A DNA stretch of 56,205 nucleotides from Bryobacterales bacterium (GTDB lineage Bacteria > Acidobacteriota > Terriglobia > Bryobacterales > Bryobacteraceae), in NCBI GenBank assembly GCA_020847895.1, contig JADLBG010000642.1, forward strand, positions 1 through 56,205. Reading direction: 5' to 3'. Within the stretch, counting starts at the first letter, position 1. Each line of letters begins with the position of its first letter. Below are positions 9,406 through 18,152 of the stretch, one piece after another. The position numbers were made by a program, and so were the translations under genes. The notes below the pieces were generated by a model. That model had not been told where the DNA came from and searched no databases. It worked only from the letters and a program-made list of their open reading frames with translations.

Positions 9406-9930
9406 TCAGGCATCGGAGCATGGCGCGCCTCCGCCGCCGAGGTCTTCGAACCGCTTCATCCACTGGTGCCAGGCGCTAGCGACCGTCCAGATTACCTCCG
9501 CTTCGCGCAGCGGCCGTATGACCGCATCGAAGCCCCCCAAGGCCGACACCTCGCCCAGCAGGCTCTTGTCGCTCCCAACGACGACAAACATCGGCGCATC
9601 TGGAGTTGCGTTCACTACGCCGAGCGCCTCCTGCCAAACGGCGTCCGGCAGAGCCTCCTCGCAAACAACCACCGCGGCTTTTTGATTTCCGAGGCACGCA
9701 CGCGCTTCCTCGAGATTCGCCGCGCGCCGGACGGTCCAGCCGAACTTTGTGAACAGCCCAGCGAGATAGACGGCCAGTGTCGGATTTGCGCCGACGCTGA
9801 GGACATCCGTCACAGCAGGGGGGCGCTGCGGGCGCGCTTCGCGGTGGTCCGCGTCAACTTCCATTGGAGATGGCAGCCGCGGGCAGGCGGCCGCAACAGA
9901 CAAAGTCTCTCTCGACAGATCGCGGGTCAT
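9406..9930 (-). CDS. stand-alone receiver-like (pseudo-receiver) domain protein
   Basis: CheY-like alternation of beta/alpha segments. Canonical positions are substituted: VLSVGAN instead of the DD pair, VVVCEEALPD instead of the phospho-Asp, IRPL instead of KP. Confidence 0.5.
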   Translation of the reverse strand: MTRDLSRETLSVAAACPRLPSPMEVDADHREARPQRPPAVTDVLSVGANPTLAVYLAGLFTKFGWTVRRAANLEEARACLGNQKAAVVVCEEALPDAVWQEALGVVNATPDAPMFVVVGSDKSLLGEVSALGGFDAVIRPLREAEVIWTVASAWHQWMKRFEDLGGGGAPCSDA

Positions 9931-10088
9931 GGATATCCTCCCTTTGGGTTGTCACCAGAGAGGAGCAATCCGATAGCCACAATGCGACACGCCGCAAGTG
10001 CGGGGTTGTGGTTTTCGCGTGAGGGACCGACTGTCCGAAAACTACCAGCCGCTGCCCGTTATGGCGCACGCCAAGTGTGGACACCACT

Positions 10089-10443
10089 CTACGGCTGGTT
10101 AGCTGACGCACGGGCAGCCCTGCCGGCTTGCCGAACGCCGAGCATCTTCGAGCGCTGAATTGTTCTCCCAATGCGATAGCTGAGCCGTTTGACGGCCCGG
10201 TTGACCGCCGGGAGCAAGTCATCACCAGTCTCGAGGATCAAGACCGGCCTGCTTCCCCTCAACTCCGCGGTTATCTGGCAGAGTTTGTCAACCCCGCCGC
10301 GAGGTCCGTTCACGTCAGCAATGAACGCTGATCAGCCCTATTCGTGAGCGATAGCGATCGACCGCGAACGCAACGCTGCGTTCCACCTGCTGCTGAAGTT
10401 CGTCGTTCCACGGAATGTTACGCGGCCGCACGGAAAACTTCAT
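10089..10443 (-). pseudogene. short HPF/RaiA-family ribosome-associated protein gene interrupted by a 1-nt frameshift near 10313-10320
   Basis: Frame A gives MKFSVRPRN...RSRIGLISVHC-stop (TGA 10315-10317). Frame B continues ADVNGPRGGVDKLCQITAELRGSRPVLILETGDDLLPAVNRAVKRL. Together they reproduce the family pattern ...V.VHL.D.NG.KGG.DKRC. Confidence 0.6.
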
Positions 10444-10549
10444 TCGTTGCTCCTCAGCTGCGTTTATGTCCACCGTGAGTGGGCAATTCTCTGGCCACGG
10501 GGCGAGCCGCCGGCAGCGCTTGACAGCGGCGCCGCGGTTTTTCAACAAT

Positions 10550-10565
10550 GTGAATATACAATCAC
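10550..10565. promoter_or_regulatory. putative TetR operator (GTGAAT-N4-AATCAC), immediately before the tetR start
   Basis: GTGAATATACAATCAC. It is one of three copies of the same 6-4-6 inverted motif. Confidence 0.5.
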
Positions 10566-10566
10566 A

Positions 10567-11160
10567 ATGAGCGAGAAGCTGAATACGGAGATCCGTCAGG
10601 ATCAGTTTGCGCAGGCTGCACTGGGGTTGGTCGCCGCTTATGGCTTGAAGGGCCTCAGCGTAGCTCGCGTCGCGCACCGGGTGGGTTTGGTGCCTTCGGC
10701 GGTCTACCGCCATTTCCGCAGTAAAGATCAATTGCTCGACGCCGTGCTCGATCTCATCCGCAAGAGGCTGACGCAAAACGTCCAGAAGGTTTCCGGGATC
10801 AAGGATTCGCTCGAAAGCCTGCGGCGTCTGTTACTGTTGCACGCACAACTGATCCGGGAAAACCAGGGGGTTCCGCGCATCATTTTTTCCGAGGAACTCT
10901 ACAGCGGCAACCCGCGGAGGAAGACGGCGGTGTACGAGATTATCCAGGGGTATCTGAAACGGGTAGCTGAGATCATCAAGCGCGGCCAGAACGACGGGCA
11001 GATCCGGCGCGATCTCGACGCCTCGACGCTTTCCATCATGTTTCTGGGCCTGGTGCAACCGGCCGCCGTCCTCTGGCAGTTGAGCGACGGCGGTATCGAC
11101 GTGACAAAGCACGTCGAAAGGGCCTGGCATATTTTCGCCGGGTGCATCCGCGCGAAGTAG
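10567..11160 (+). CDS. TetR/AcrR-family transcriptional repressor
   Basis: Start moved to MSEKLNTEIRQDQF. HTH GLKGLSVARVAHRVGLVPSAVYRHFRSKDQLL. Confidence 0.9.
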   Translation: MSEKLNTEIRQDQFAQAALGLVAAYGLKGLSVARVAHRVGLVPSAVYRHFRSKDQLLDAVLDLIRKRLTQNVQKVSGIKDSLESLRRLLLLHAQLIRENQGVPRIIFSEELYSGNPRRKTAVYEIIQGYLKRVAEIIKRGQNDGQIRRDLDASTLSIMFLGLVQPAAVLWQLSDGGIDVTKHVERAWHIFAGCIRAK

Positions 11161-11272
11161 GGGCGGTGGCAGGCGCGGAGGGCAGAGGGAGCCACTGCGT
11201 TCTCACCATTTCAGTTGCTCCGGAATGGGTGTGACCGCAGTCACCGAAAGGCCTGTCACCGTTTGTCATAAT

Positions 11273-11288
11273 GTGAATCAGTAATCAC
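11273..11288. promoter_or_regulatory. putative TetR operator copy 2
   Basis: GTGAATCAGTAATCAC, 140 nt upstream of the HlyD-family gene. Confidence 0.5.
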
Positions 11289-11392
11289 TATGGACCAAGA
11301 TGCATACTGCAAAGTGGAACCAGGAATCCGGCGCGAGCGACTGGTGAAGGAGGTCCTTCCGCTGGCAAGGCGGAAATTTTTTTGGCAAGAAA

Positions 11393-11408
11393 GTGAATTT
11401 ACATTCAC
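11393..11408. promoter_or_regulatory. putative TetR operator copy 3 (perfect 6-4-6 palindrome)
   Basis: GTGAATTTACATTCAC, 20 nt upstream of ATG 11428. Confidence 0.5.
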
Positions 11409-11427
11409 ATGCAAGCGAGGTAACGAG

Positions 11428-12624
11428 ATGAAAAACAAGAAAAAACTGCTCTTGCTGATTCCGCTGGCAGCGGCAGCCGGCGTCTTCAGCTACCGGATCA
11501 TCCAGAGCAGGTCAGCAAACGGCGCCGGCGCCATCCGCGTTTCCGGCAACATTGAGATCACCGATGTAGACGTGAGTTTCAAGGTTCCAGGACGCGTGGA
11601 AGCGCGGCCGGTTTCCGAAGGCGAAATCGTTCGCGCCGGCAGCCTTGTCGCGAAGCTCGATAGCGCCGAACTGATGCAGGATGTAGCGCTGCGTAGAGCG
11701 GAAGCGCGGGCAGCCGAAGCTGCGCTCGCCGCCCTGCAGGCCGGGTCCAGACCGGAGGAGATCGCCGAGGCGGGCGCCGCGGTGCGTAAGGCCCAGGCCT
11801 GGGTGGATGAACTGGCTAACGGGTCGCGCTCCGAAGACATCGCGGCGCAGCGCGCCAGGGTGGCGCGTGCGAAGGCCGAAGCCGAACGTTTGGAATCGGA
11901 ATACCGGCGGCAGAAGACGCTGCACGAACGCGATGTCATCTCGGCCCGCGAGTACGAAGCGGCCCAAACCGCGCTCGAAGTGGGGAAGGAGCGGCTGCGG
12001 GAAGACCAGGAGGGCTTGAAACTGCTGCTGGAAGGCCCGAGGAAGGAACAGATTGAGCAGGGCCGCGCCGCGCTCCACCAGGCGCAAGAGCGATACGCCC
12101 TCATCAAGAAGGGCCCGCGCGCCGAAGACATTGACCAGGCGCGCGCCCGGCTCGAGCAGGCCCGCCAGGCGCTGGCGATTGCGGGGACGCGTTTGAGCTA
12201 TGCAACGGTCGTGGCGCCGCTTGCCGGCGTGGTGCTTTCCGAGAACGTGGAGCCGGGAATGTACGTGGCTCCGGGGACGCCCGTCGTCACGGTCGGCGAT
12301 CTCGAGAACGTCTGGCTGCGGGCCTATATCAATGAGACTGACCTGGGCCGGGTCAAGGTAGGTCAGCCGGTGCGGCTGACTACCGACACCTACCCGGGCA
12401 AGCACTACGAGGGCCGCGTCTCCTTCATTGCCTCGCAGGCGGAGTTCACTCCGAAGAACGTCCAGACGGAGAAGGAGCGGGTGAAACTCGTTTATCGCGT
12501 CAAGGTTGATATTCGGAACCCGAATATGGAGTTGAAACCGGGCATGCCCGCCGACGCCGAGATCCAGGTGGCGGCGCGCACGGACGGCCAAGTGGAGGCG
12601 AGCGATGCACGTCATCAAAACTGA
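11428..12624 (+). CDS. HlyD-family periplasmic adaptor (membrane fusion protein)
   Basis: Start moved to MKNKKKLLLLIPL (GAGG upstream). Long coiled-coil Ala/Glu/Arg region flanked by barrel-sandwich segments. Confidence 0.9.
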   Translation: MKNKKKLLLLIPLAAAAGVFSYRIIQSRSANGAGAIRVSGNIEITDVDVSFKVPGRVEARPVSEGEIVRAGSLVAKLDSAELMQDVALRRAEARAAEAALAALQAGSRPEEIAEAGAAVRKAQAWVDELANGSRSEDIAAQRARVARAKAEAERLESEYRRQKTLHERDVISAREYEAAQTALEVGKERLREDQEGLKLLLEGPRKEQIEQGRAALHQAQERYALIKKGPRAEDIDQARARLEQARQALAIAGTRLSYATVVAPLAGVVLSENVEPGMYVAPGTPVVTVGDLENVWLRAYINETDLGRVKVGQPVRLTTDTYPGKHYEGRVSFIASQAEFTPKNVQTEKERVKLVYRVKVDIRNPNMELKPGMPADAEIQVAARTDGQVEASDARHQN

Positions 12625-13534
12625 ATCCCTGACCAGAACGTTTGGGAACTTCGCGGCGGTGGACAGCCTGACGCTGACAGTGGAGGAAGGCGAGATCTTC
12701 GGCCTGGTGGGACCGGACGGCGCCGGCAAGACCACCACCATGCGTCTGCTGACCTCGATTCTGGAGCCGACATCAGGCGGGGCCTGGGTGGCGGGACACC
12801 ACGTGGTGAAAGAGGCCGAGGCAGTGAAGGAGGAGATCGGCTACATGAGCCAGCGCTTCGGCCTGTACCCGGACCTCACGGTGATGGAGAACATCGAGTT
12901 CTACGCCGACATTTACGGCGTGCCGAAGAAGCTCCGGCCCGAGCGCATCGAGCGGCTGCTCGCCTTCAGCAACATGACGCCGTTCAAGAATCGCCAGGCC
13001 GGCCGGTTGTCAGGCGGCATGAAGCAAAAGCTGGGATTGGCGTGCGCCCTCATCCACACGCCCAAGGTCCTGTTTCTCGATGAGCCGACCAATGGCGTAG
13101 ACCCCGTTTCGAGGCGGGACTTCTGGCGCATCCTCTATCAACTGCTGCGCGACAAGGTCACGATCTTCGTCTCGACGGCATACCTGGACGAGGCCGAGCG
13201 GTCGAGCAGAATCGGGCTGATCCACAAAGGCCGGCTGCTGGCGGCCGGCACTCCCGGCGAGGTGAAGAAGCTGATGCGGGGATCGATTCTCGAAATCCGC
13301 TCGACCGAGCCGCGGAAGGCCGTGGCATTGTTGCAGACTCGATCCGCGGGAGCGGCCAGCCTTTTCGGGGACCGGATTCACCTGGTGACCCGTGAACCCG
13401 AGAAGGACGCCGAGGAGGCCGAACGCGCGCTCACGGCGGCGGGGCTGGCGGTGAAGGGCATCCGCGCAATCGAGCCGGCGCTCGAGGATGTCTTCGTGTC
13501 GGTTCTCGCCGGCGAGGGCAAGGAGGCGGCATGA
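12605..13534 (+). CDS. ABC transporter ATP-binding protein
   Basis: Walker A GPDGAGKTT, signature LSGGMKQKL, Walker B LFLDEPT. Confidence 0.95.
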   Translation: MHVIKTESLTRTFGNFAAVDSLTLTVEEGEIFGLVGPDGAGKTTTMRLLTSILEPTSGGAWVAGHHVVKEAEAVKEEIGYMSQRFGLYPDLTVMENIEFYADIYGVPKKLRPERIERLLAFSNMTPFKNRQAGRLSGGMKQKLGLACALIHTPKVLFLDEPTNGVDPVSRRDFWRILYQLLRDKVTIFVSTAYLDEAERSSRIGLIHKGRLLAAGTPGEVKKLMRGSILEIRSTEPRKAVALLQTRSAGAASLFGDRIHLVTREPEKDAEEAERALTAAGLAVKGIRAIEPALEDVFVSVLAGEGKEAA

Positions 13535-14505
13535 ACACGGACGGCATGGCCGTGGTGGTGAACAGTCTGGAGAAGCGTTTCGGCAGCTTCCTGGCAGTGG
13601 ACCGCGTCAGTTTTGAGGTGCCGAAAGGCCAGATCTTCGGCTTTCTCGGACCGAACGGCGCCGGCAAGTCCACCACCATCCGGATGCTTACGGGAATTCT
13701 GGCTCCCACCGGCGGCAGCGGCACGGTGTCAGGCTTCGATGTACGCACGCAGGCTGAGAAGATCAAGGCCAACATCGGCTACATGAGCCAGAAGTTCTCG
13801 TTGTACGAGGACCTCACCGTCGAAGAGAACATCGATTTTTACGCGGGCATCTACCGCATTCCACGGGAAAAACGGAAGGAACGCAAAGAGTGGGTGATCG
13901 AGATGGCGGGCCTCAAGGAGCACCGGCGCTCGCGCACGGCCATCCTCTCGGGCGGTTGGAAGCAGCGGCTGTCGCTGGGGTGCGCTATTCTCCACGAGCC
14001 GCCCATCATCTTCCTTGACGAACCCACGGCCGGCGTCGACCCGGTGAGCCGCCGCCAGTTCTGGGATTTGATTTACTCGCTCTCGAGCCGCGGCGTGACC
14101 ATTTTCGTCACCACGCACTACATGGACGAAGCGGAGTACTGCGACCGCATCGCGCTTATTTACCGCGGCGAACTGATCGCCATCGGCAGTCCTGAAGAAC
14201 TGAAGACGAAGCACATGCGGGATGACGTGCTGGAAGTGGCAAGCAGCCGCCCGCAGGACGCCATGATCGAACTCGAGGGGCTTTCGGGCGTCAAGGAAGC
14301 GGCGTTGTTCGGCAAGGGCCTGCACGTGGTGGGCGCGGCCGGCACGGCGGAACATCTCACGGAGGCAATCCGCCACCATCTTGAAGGCCGCGGCTTCACT
14401 GTCTCGCGCATCGAGAAGATCGTGCCCTCGCTCGAGGACGTCTTCGTCTCTCTGATTGAAGCGCGCGACCGCGTGGACAAAGCGCGGAGAGAGGTTCGCG
14501 TATGA
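13531..14505 (+). CDS. ABC transporter ATP-binding protein
   Basis: Walker A GPNGAGKST, signature LSGGWKQRL, Walker B IFLDEPT. 4-nt overlap with the upstream gene. Confidence 0.95.
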   Translation: MNTDGMAVVVNSLEKRFGSFLAVDRVSFEVPKGQIFGFLGPNGAGKSTTIRMLTGILAPTGGSGTVSGFDVRTQAEKIKANIGYMSQKFSLYEDLTVEENIDFYAGIYRIPREKRKERKEWVIEMAGLKEHRRSRTAILSGGWKQRLSLGCAILHEPPIIFLDEPTAGVDPVSRRQFWDLIYSLSSRGVTIFVTTHYMDEAEYCDRIALIYRGELIAIGSPEELKTKHMRDDVLEVASSRPQDAMIELEGLSGVKEAALFGKGLHVVGAAGTAEHLTEAIRHHLEGRGFTVSRIEKIVPSLEDVFVSLIEARDRVDKARREVRV

Positions 14506-15635
14506 AGCCGCTGCGACTTTGGGCCGTCGCCCGCAAGGAGTTCACACATATCCTTCGCGACCCGCGCAGCCTGGGCATGGCTATCGCAATCCCCATGCTG
14601 CTGCTGGTGCTGTTTGGCTATGCGCTGACGCTCGACGTGGACAATGTGCCGCTGGTCGTCTGGGATCAGAGCGAAACCCGGGCGAGCCGCGAACTGATCA
14701 GCCATTTTGAGGGTTCGCGCTATTTTTCTCTCAAGGGTTATGTCCGCAACTACGCGGAAGTCGAACGGGCCATCGACTCGGGCCAGGCGCTGATGGCCTT
14801 GATCATCCCGAATGATTTCGCGCGGCGAATCGAATCCGGACGCGCGGCCCCGCTGCAGTCCATCGTGGACGGCAGCGATTCGAACACGGCTACCATCGCC
14901 ATGGGCTACGCCGACGTGGTGACGTTTACCTACGCGCGGAACGCCTCCGTGAAGACAATGCAGCGCAGTGCCGGACGCATGGTTCCGCCTCCCCTCGACT
15001 TGCGGCCGCGCGTCTGGTTCAACGCCGAGATGGAGTCGAAGAACTACATCATCCCCGGCCTGATCGCCGTGATCATGATGGTGATCGCCGCGCTGCTCAC
15101 CTCATTGACAGTGGCGCGGGAGTGGGAAACCGGCGCCATGGAGCAACTCATCTCCACGCCGGTGAAACCCACCGAGTTGATTCTGGGCAAGCTGCTACCG
15201 TATTTCTCCGTCGGCATGCTCGACGTGCTGCTGGCGGTGCTGATGGGCGAGTATCTGTTCCGCGTTCCGCTGCGGGGGAATGCGGCGCTGCTGTTTGCCA
15301 TGGCCTCCGTTTTTTTGGCGGGCGCGCTGTCGCTGGGAATGGTGATCAGCATTGTGACCCGAAGCCAGTTGCTGGCCAGCCAACTGGCCATGGTGGTGAC
15401 GTTCCTGCCGTCGTTTCTGCTTTCCGGCTTCATGTACGCCATCGGCAACATGCCCCGGCCGATCCAGGTGATGACGCACGTGATCCCGGCGCGCTATTTC
15501 GTGGCGCTGCTCAAGGGGATTTACCTGAAGGGCGTGGGGCTGGAAGTGCTGGCGGCTGAGGCTGGCCTGCTGGCGCTGTTCGGGGTGGTGATGGTGACGC
15601 TTGCCAATGTGAAGTTCAAGAAGAGGTTGGTCTAG
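14502..15635 (+). CDS. ABC-2 type transporter permease
   Basis: N-terminal TM, large periplasmic loop, C-terminal multi-TM ABC-2 pattern (REWETGAMEQLISTP). Confidence 0.9.
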   Translation: MKPLRLWAVARKEFTHILRDPRSLGMAIAIPMLLLVLFGYALTLDVDNVPLVVWDQSETRASRELISHFEGSRYFSLKGYVRNYAEVERAIDSGQALMALIIPNDFARRIESGRAAPLQSIVDGSDSNTATIAMGYADVVTFTYARNASVKTMQRSAGRMVPPPLDLRPRVWFNAEMESKNYIIPGLIAVIMMVIAALLTSLTVAREWETGAMEQLISTPVKPTELILGKLLPYFSVGMLDVLLAVLMGEYLFRVPLRGNAALLFAMASVFLAGALSLGMVISIVTRSQLLASQLAMVVTFLPSFLLSGFMYAIGNMPRPIQVMTHVIPARYFVALLKGIYLKGVGLEVLAAEAGLLALFGVVMVTLANVKFKKRLV

Positions 15636-15637
15636 CC

Positions 15638-16768
15638 ATGCGAGAACGAATCAAGCACATGCTCATCAAGGAGTTCATCCAGATTTTTCGGGACCCGCGA
15701 ATGAAGGGTGTCATCTTCATGATGCCGGTGATCCAGCTATTTGTCTTCGGTTACGCCGTCACCACGGACGTGAAGAATATTCCGACGCTGGTCTACGACC
15801 TGGACAACAGCGCCGCCAGCCGGGAACTGGTGAGCCGTTTTCTCAAGTCGGGCTATTTCGATGTTATCGAGTATACGGAGCAGGATAGCAGGGTCCGCCA
15901 CCTGATGGACCGCGGCAAGGTGGGAGCCGTGCTTCGTATCAACAAGGGTTTCGAGAGCGACCTGCGTGGGGGAAAGACGGCCCAACTGCAACTCATCGTC
16001 GACGGTACGGATTCGAACACCGCGGGCATCGTGCTGAATTACAGTTCGAAGATCGCCGGGCAGTTTTCCAACAACGTGCTTGTGGAACGTTTGACACGAG
16101 CGGCTGGGCAATCCGCCGGCGCGAGCCGCGTGGAACTCGAAACACGCGCCTGGTTCAACGAAAACCTCGAGAGCCGGAACTTTTACGTCCCAGGCGTGAT
16201 CGCCATCATCGTCATGCTGATCACCCTGATGCTCACCAGCATGGCCGTTGTGCGGGAGAAAGAGATCGGCACCATGGAGCAGATCATGGTGACGCCGATC
16301 ACGTCAGCCGAATTCATTCTTGGTAAGACAGCGCCCTTTGCGCTGATCGGGTTTGCCGACGTCATTCTCATCACGGTGCTGGGCGTGTTCTGGTTCGGCG
16401 TGCCCATCCGCGGCAGCCTGCCGCTGCTGTTCGCCGCAACGGCGCTTTATCTGTTGACCACTTTGGCTATCGGCCTGTTCATCTCAACCGTCAGCCAGAC
16501 GCAGCAGCAGGCCATGATGAGCACCTTCTTCTTTTACTTCCCGGCAGTGCTGTTATCCGGCTTCATGTTCCCAATCGCCAACATGCCGGTTGTGGTGCAG
16601 TGGCTGACTTATCTCAATCCCCTGCGATACTTCCTGGTGATTATCCGGGGCGTTTTTCTCAAGGGCGTGGGGCCGGATGTGCTCTGGCCGCGGATTCTTG
16701 CGCTGGCGGTGATGGGAGGGGTGGCGTTGTGGCTGGCGGCAAGACGATTCAAGAAGACACTAGCCTGA
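15638..16768 (+). CDS. ABC-2 type transporter permease
   Basis: Paralogue of the preceding gene (REKEIGTMEQIMVTP). Confidence 0.9.
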   Translation: MRERIKHMLIKEFIQIFRDPRMKGVIFMMPVIQLFVFGYAVTTDVKNIPTLVYDLDNSAASRELVSRFLKSGYFDVIEYTEQDSRVRHLMDRGKVGAVLRINKGFESDLRGGKTAQLQLIVDGTDSNTAGIVLNYSSKIAGQFSNNVLVERLTRAAGQSAGASRVELETRAWFNENLESRNFYVPGVIAIIVMLITLMLTSMAVVREKEIGTMEQIMVTPITSAEFILGKTAPFALIGFADVILITVLGVFWFGVPIRGSLPLLFAATALYLLTTLAIGLFISTVSQTQQQAMMSTFFFYFPAVLLSGFMFPIANMPVVVQWLTYLNPLRYFLVIIRGVFLKGVGPDVLWPRILALAVMGGVALWLAARRFKKTLA

Positions 16769-16784
16769 TGGCGCGAGGAGACTT

Positions 16785-18110
16785 ATGTATCACTTTGCTT
16801 TTCGAGTTCCGGCTTGGACCTGGCCGCTCTTGATTCTGGCCGGCGCCGCTCAGGCGGCGGACCGCGTGCTGAGCCTGGAGGAGGCGGTCAAGATCGCGCT
16901 CGAGCAGAACCCGTTGACCCGGGTGGCCGGAGAAAACGCGGCCGGCGCGAAGGAGGCTGTGGGCGAGGCGCGGGCGTCCTATTACCCTGACCTGGCCCTC
17001 AGAGCGAGCTTCAACCGCTGGGAGCGGCATGCCTTCCTGCCGAGCGGGCTTGCACGACCCGGTATCCCCAGCACGATCGGACCCACCAACGACTGGTACA
17101 CCGGGGCCGCCACGCGCTACACGCTCTTCGATTTCGGCAGGCGGCGCGCGGAGGCGCGTGCCGCCCGGGCCCGGCTGGGCATAGCCCGGGAGGACGCCGG
17201 CCGTGTCCGGGAGGACATCGTCTTGTCGGTGCACCAGGCTTACTTCGGGCTTGCGGCATCACTCGAGATGGAAGGCGTCGCGCGCAAGGCGTTGACGCGG
17301 GCCGAGGACCACGTCAAAGTGGCCAGGTCGCGTAAGGAGGCGGGGGCCGTCCCGCAGGCGGATGTGGTGCGCGCGCAGGTCGAGGCGGCCGGCGCGCAAC
17401 TGGCCTTGGAGCACGCCCAGGGCATGGTGCGTGTCGCGGCGGGCAGCCTCAACACGGCGATGGGCGTTCCTGTCGAGGCGAGTGTCGAGGTCGATCGCAA
17501 TCCGCGGGAGATCATTCCGCCGGCAAGCATCGATTTGACCGAGGCTCTGGAGCGGGCCGTGAGCGCCCGGCCCGAACTGCGCGGCGCCCAGCAGCGGATC
17601 GAAGCCTCGCGCCGGGGTGTGGATGTGGTTCGAGGCGCTTACGGCCCCAAAGTGAAGGGCGAGGCGAGTTTGGGATGGCGCGATACGTCGTACTTTCCTC
17701 AGGACAAGGACTGGCTGGTGGGCGTCTCGGTCGAATTGCCCATCTTTACCGGCTTCTCTCGCAAGCACCGGTTGGCGCGAGCAAAATCGGAACTCTCCCG
17801 GGAAGAGGCCGATGCCCGGCGGTTGATGCAGGCAGTCCGGCAGGAGGTCTGGTCGGCCCACTCAAAGCTGCGCGAGACCTATGAGGCCACCGTTTCGACT
17901 GAAGCCCAGGTGCGGGACGCACGGGAGAGCCTCCGGTTGGCTTCCGAACGCTATCAGGCGGGCGCGGGCGTCATGACGGACCTCTTGGATTCCGAAGCGG
18001 CATTGGCCCACGCGGAGGCAGTCCGCGTGGCCGCGCTGTGGGATTACCAAGCTGCGCGTTCCACCTTCCAACGTTCGGTAGGCGAGTTGGCAACGAAATC
18101 TCAGCCGTGA
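16785..18110 (+). CDS. TolC-family outer membrane efflux protein
   Basis: Signal peptide. Duplicated alpha-helical/beta-barrel repeat pattern typical of OEP/TolC. Confidence 0.9.
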   Translation: MYHFAFRVPAWTWPLLILAGAAQAADRVLSLEEAVKIALEQNPLTRVAGENAAGAKEAVGEARASYYPDLALRASFNRWERHAFLPSGLARPGIPSTIGPTNDWYTGAATRYTLFDFGRRRAEARAARARLGIAREDAGRVREDIVLSVHQAYFGLAASLEMEGVARKALTRAEDHVKVARSRKEAGAVPQADVVRAQVEAAGAQLALEHAQGMVRVAAGSLNTAMGVPVEASVEVDRNPREIIPPASIDLTEALERAVSARPELRGAQQRIEASRRGVDVVRGAYGPKVKGEASLGWRDTSYFPQDKDWLVGVSVELPIFTGFSRKHRLARAKSELSREEADARRLMQAVRQEVWSAHSKLRETYEATVSTEAQVRDARESLRLASERYQAGAGVMTDLLDSEAALAHAEAVRVAALWDYQAARSTFQRSVGELATKSQP

Positions 18111-18152
18111 AAGGAGACCCGGCAACCGGCATCCGCGGCGCGCGGAATACGA

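Noticed and set aside
9140-9463. 107-aa minus-strand ORF with one hydrophobic helix between rnk and the receiver-like gene.
   Set aside because: It overlaps both neighbours, has an Arg-rich N-terminus and no recognisable motif. It could be a small membrane protein from an internal Met, but the evidence is insufficient.
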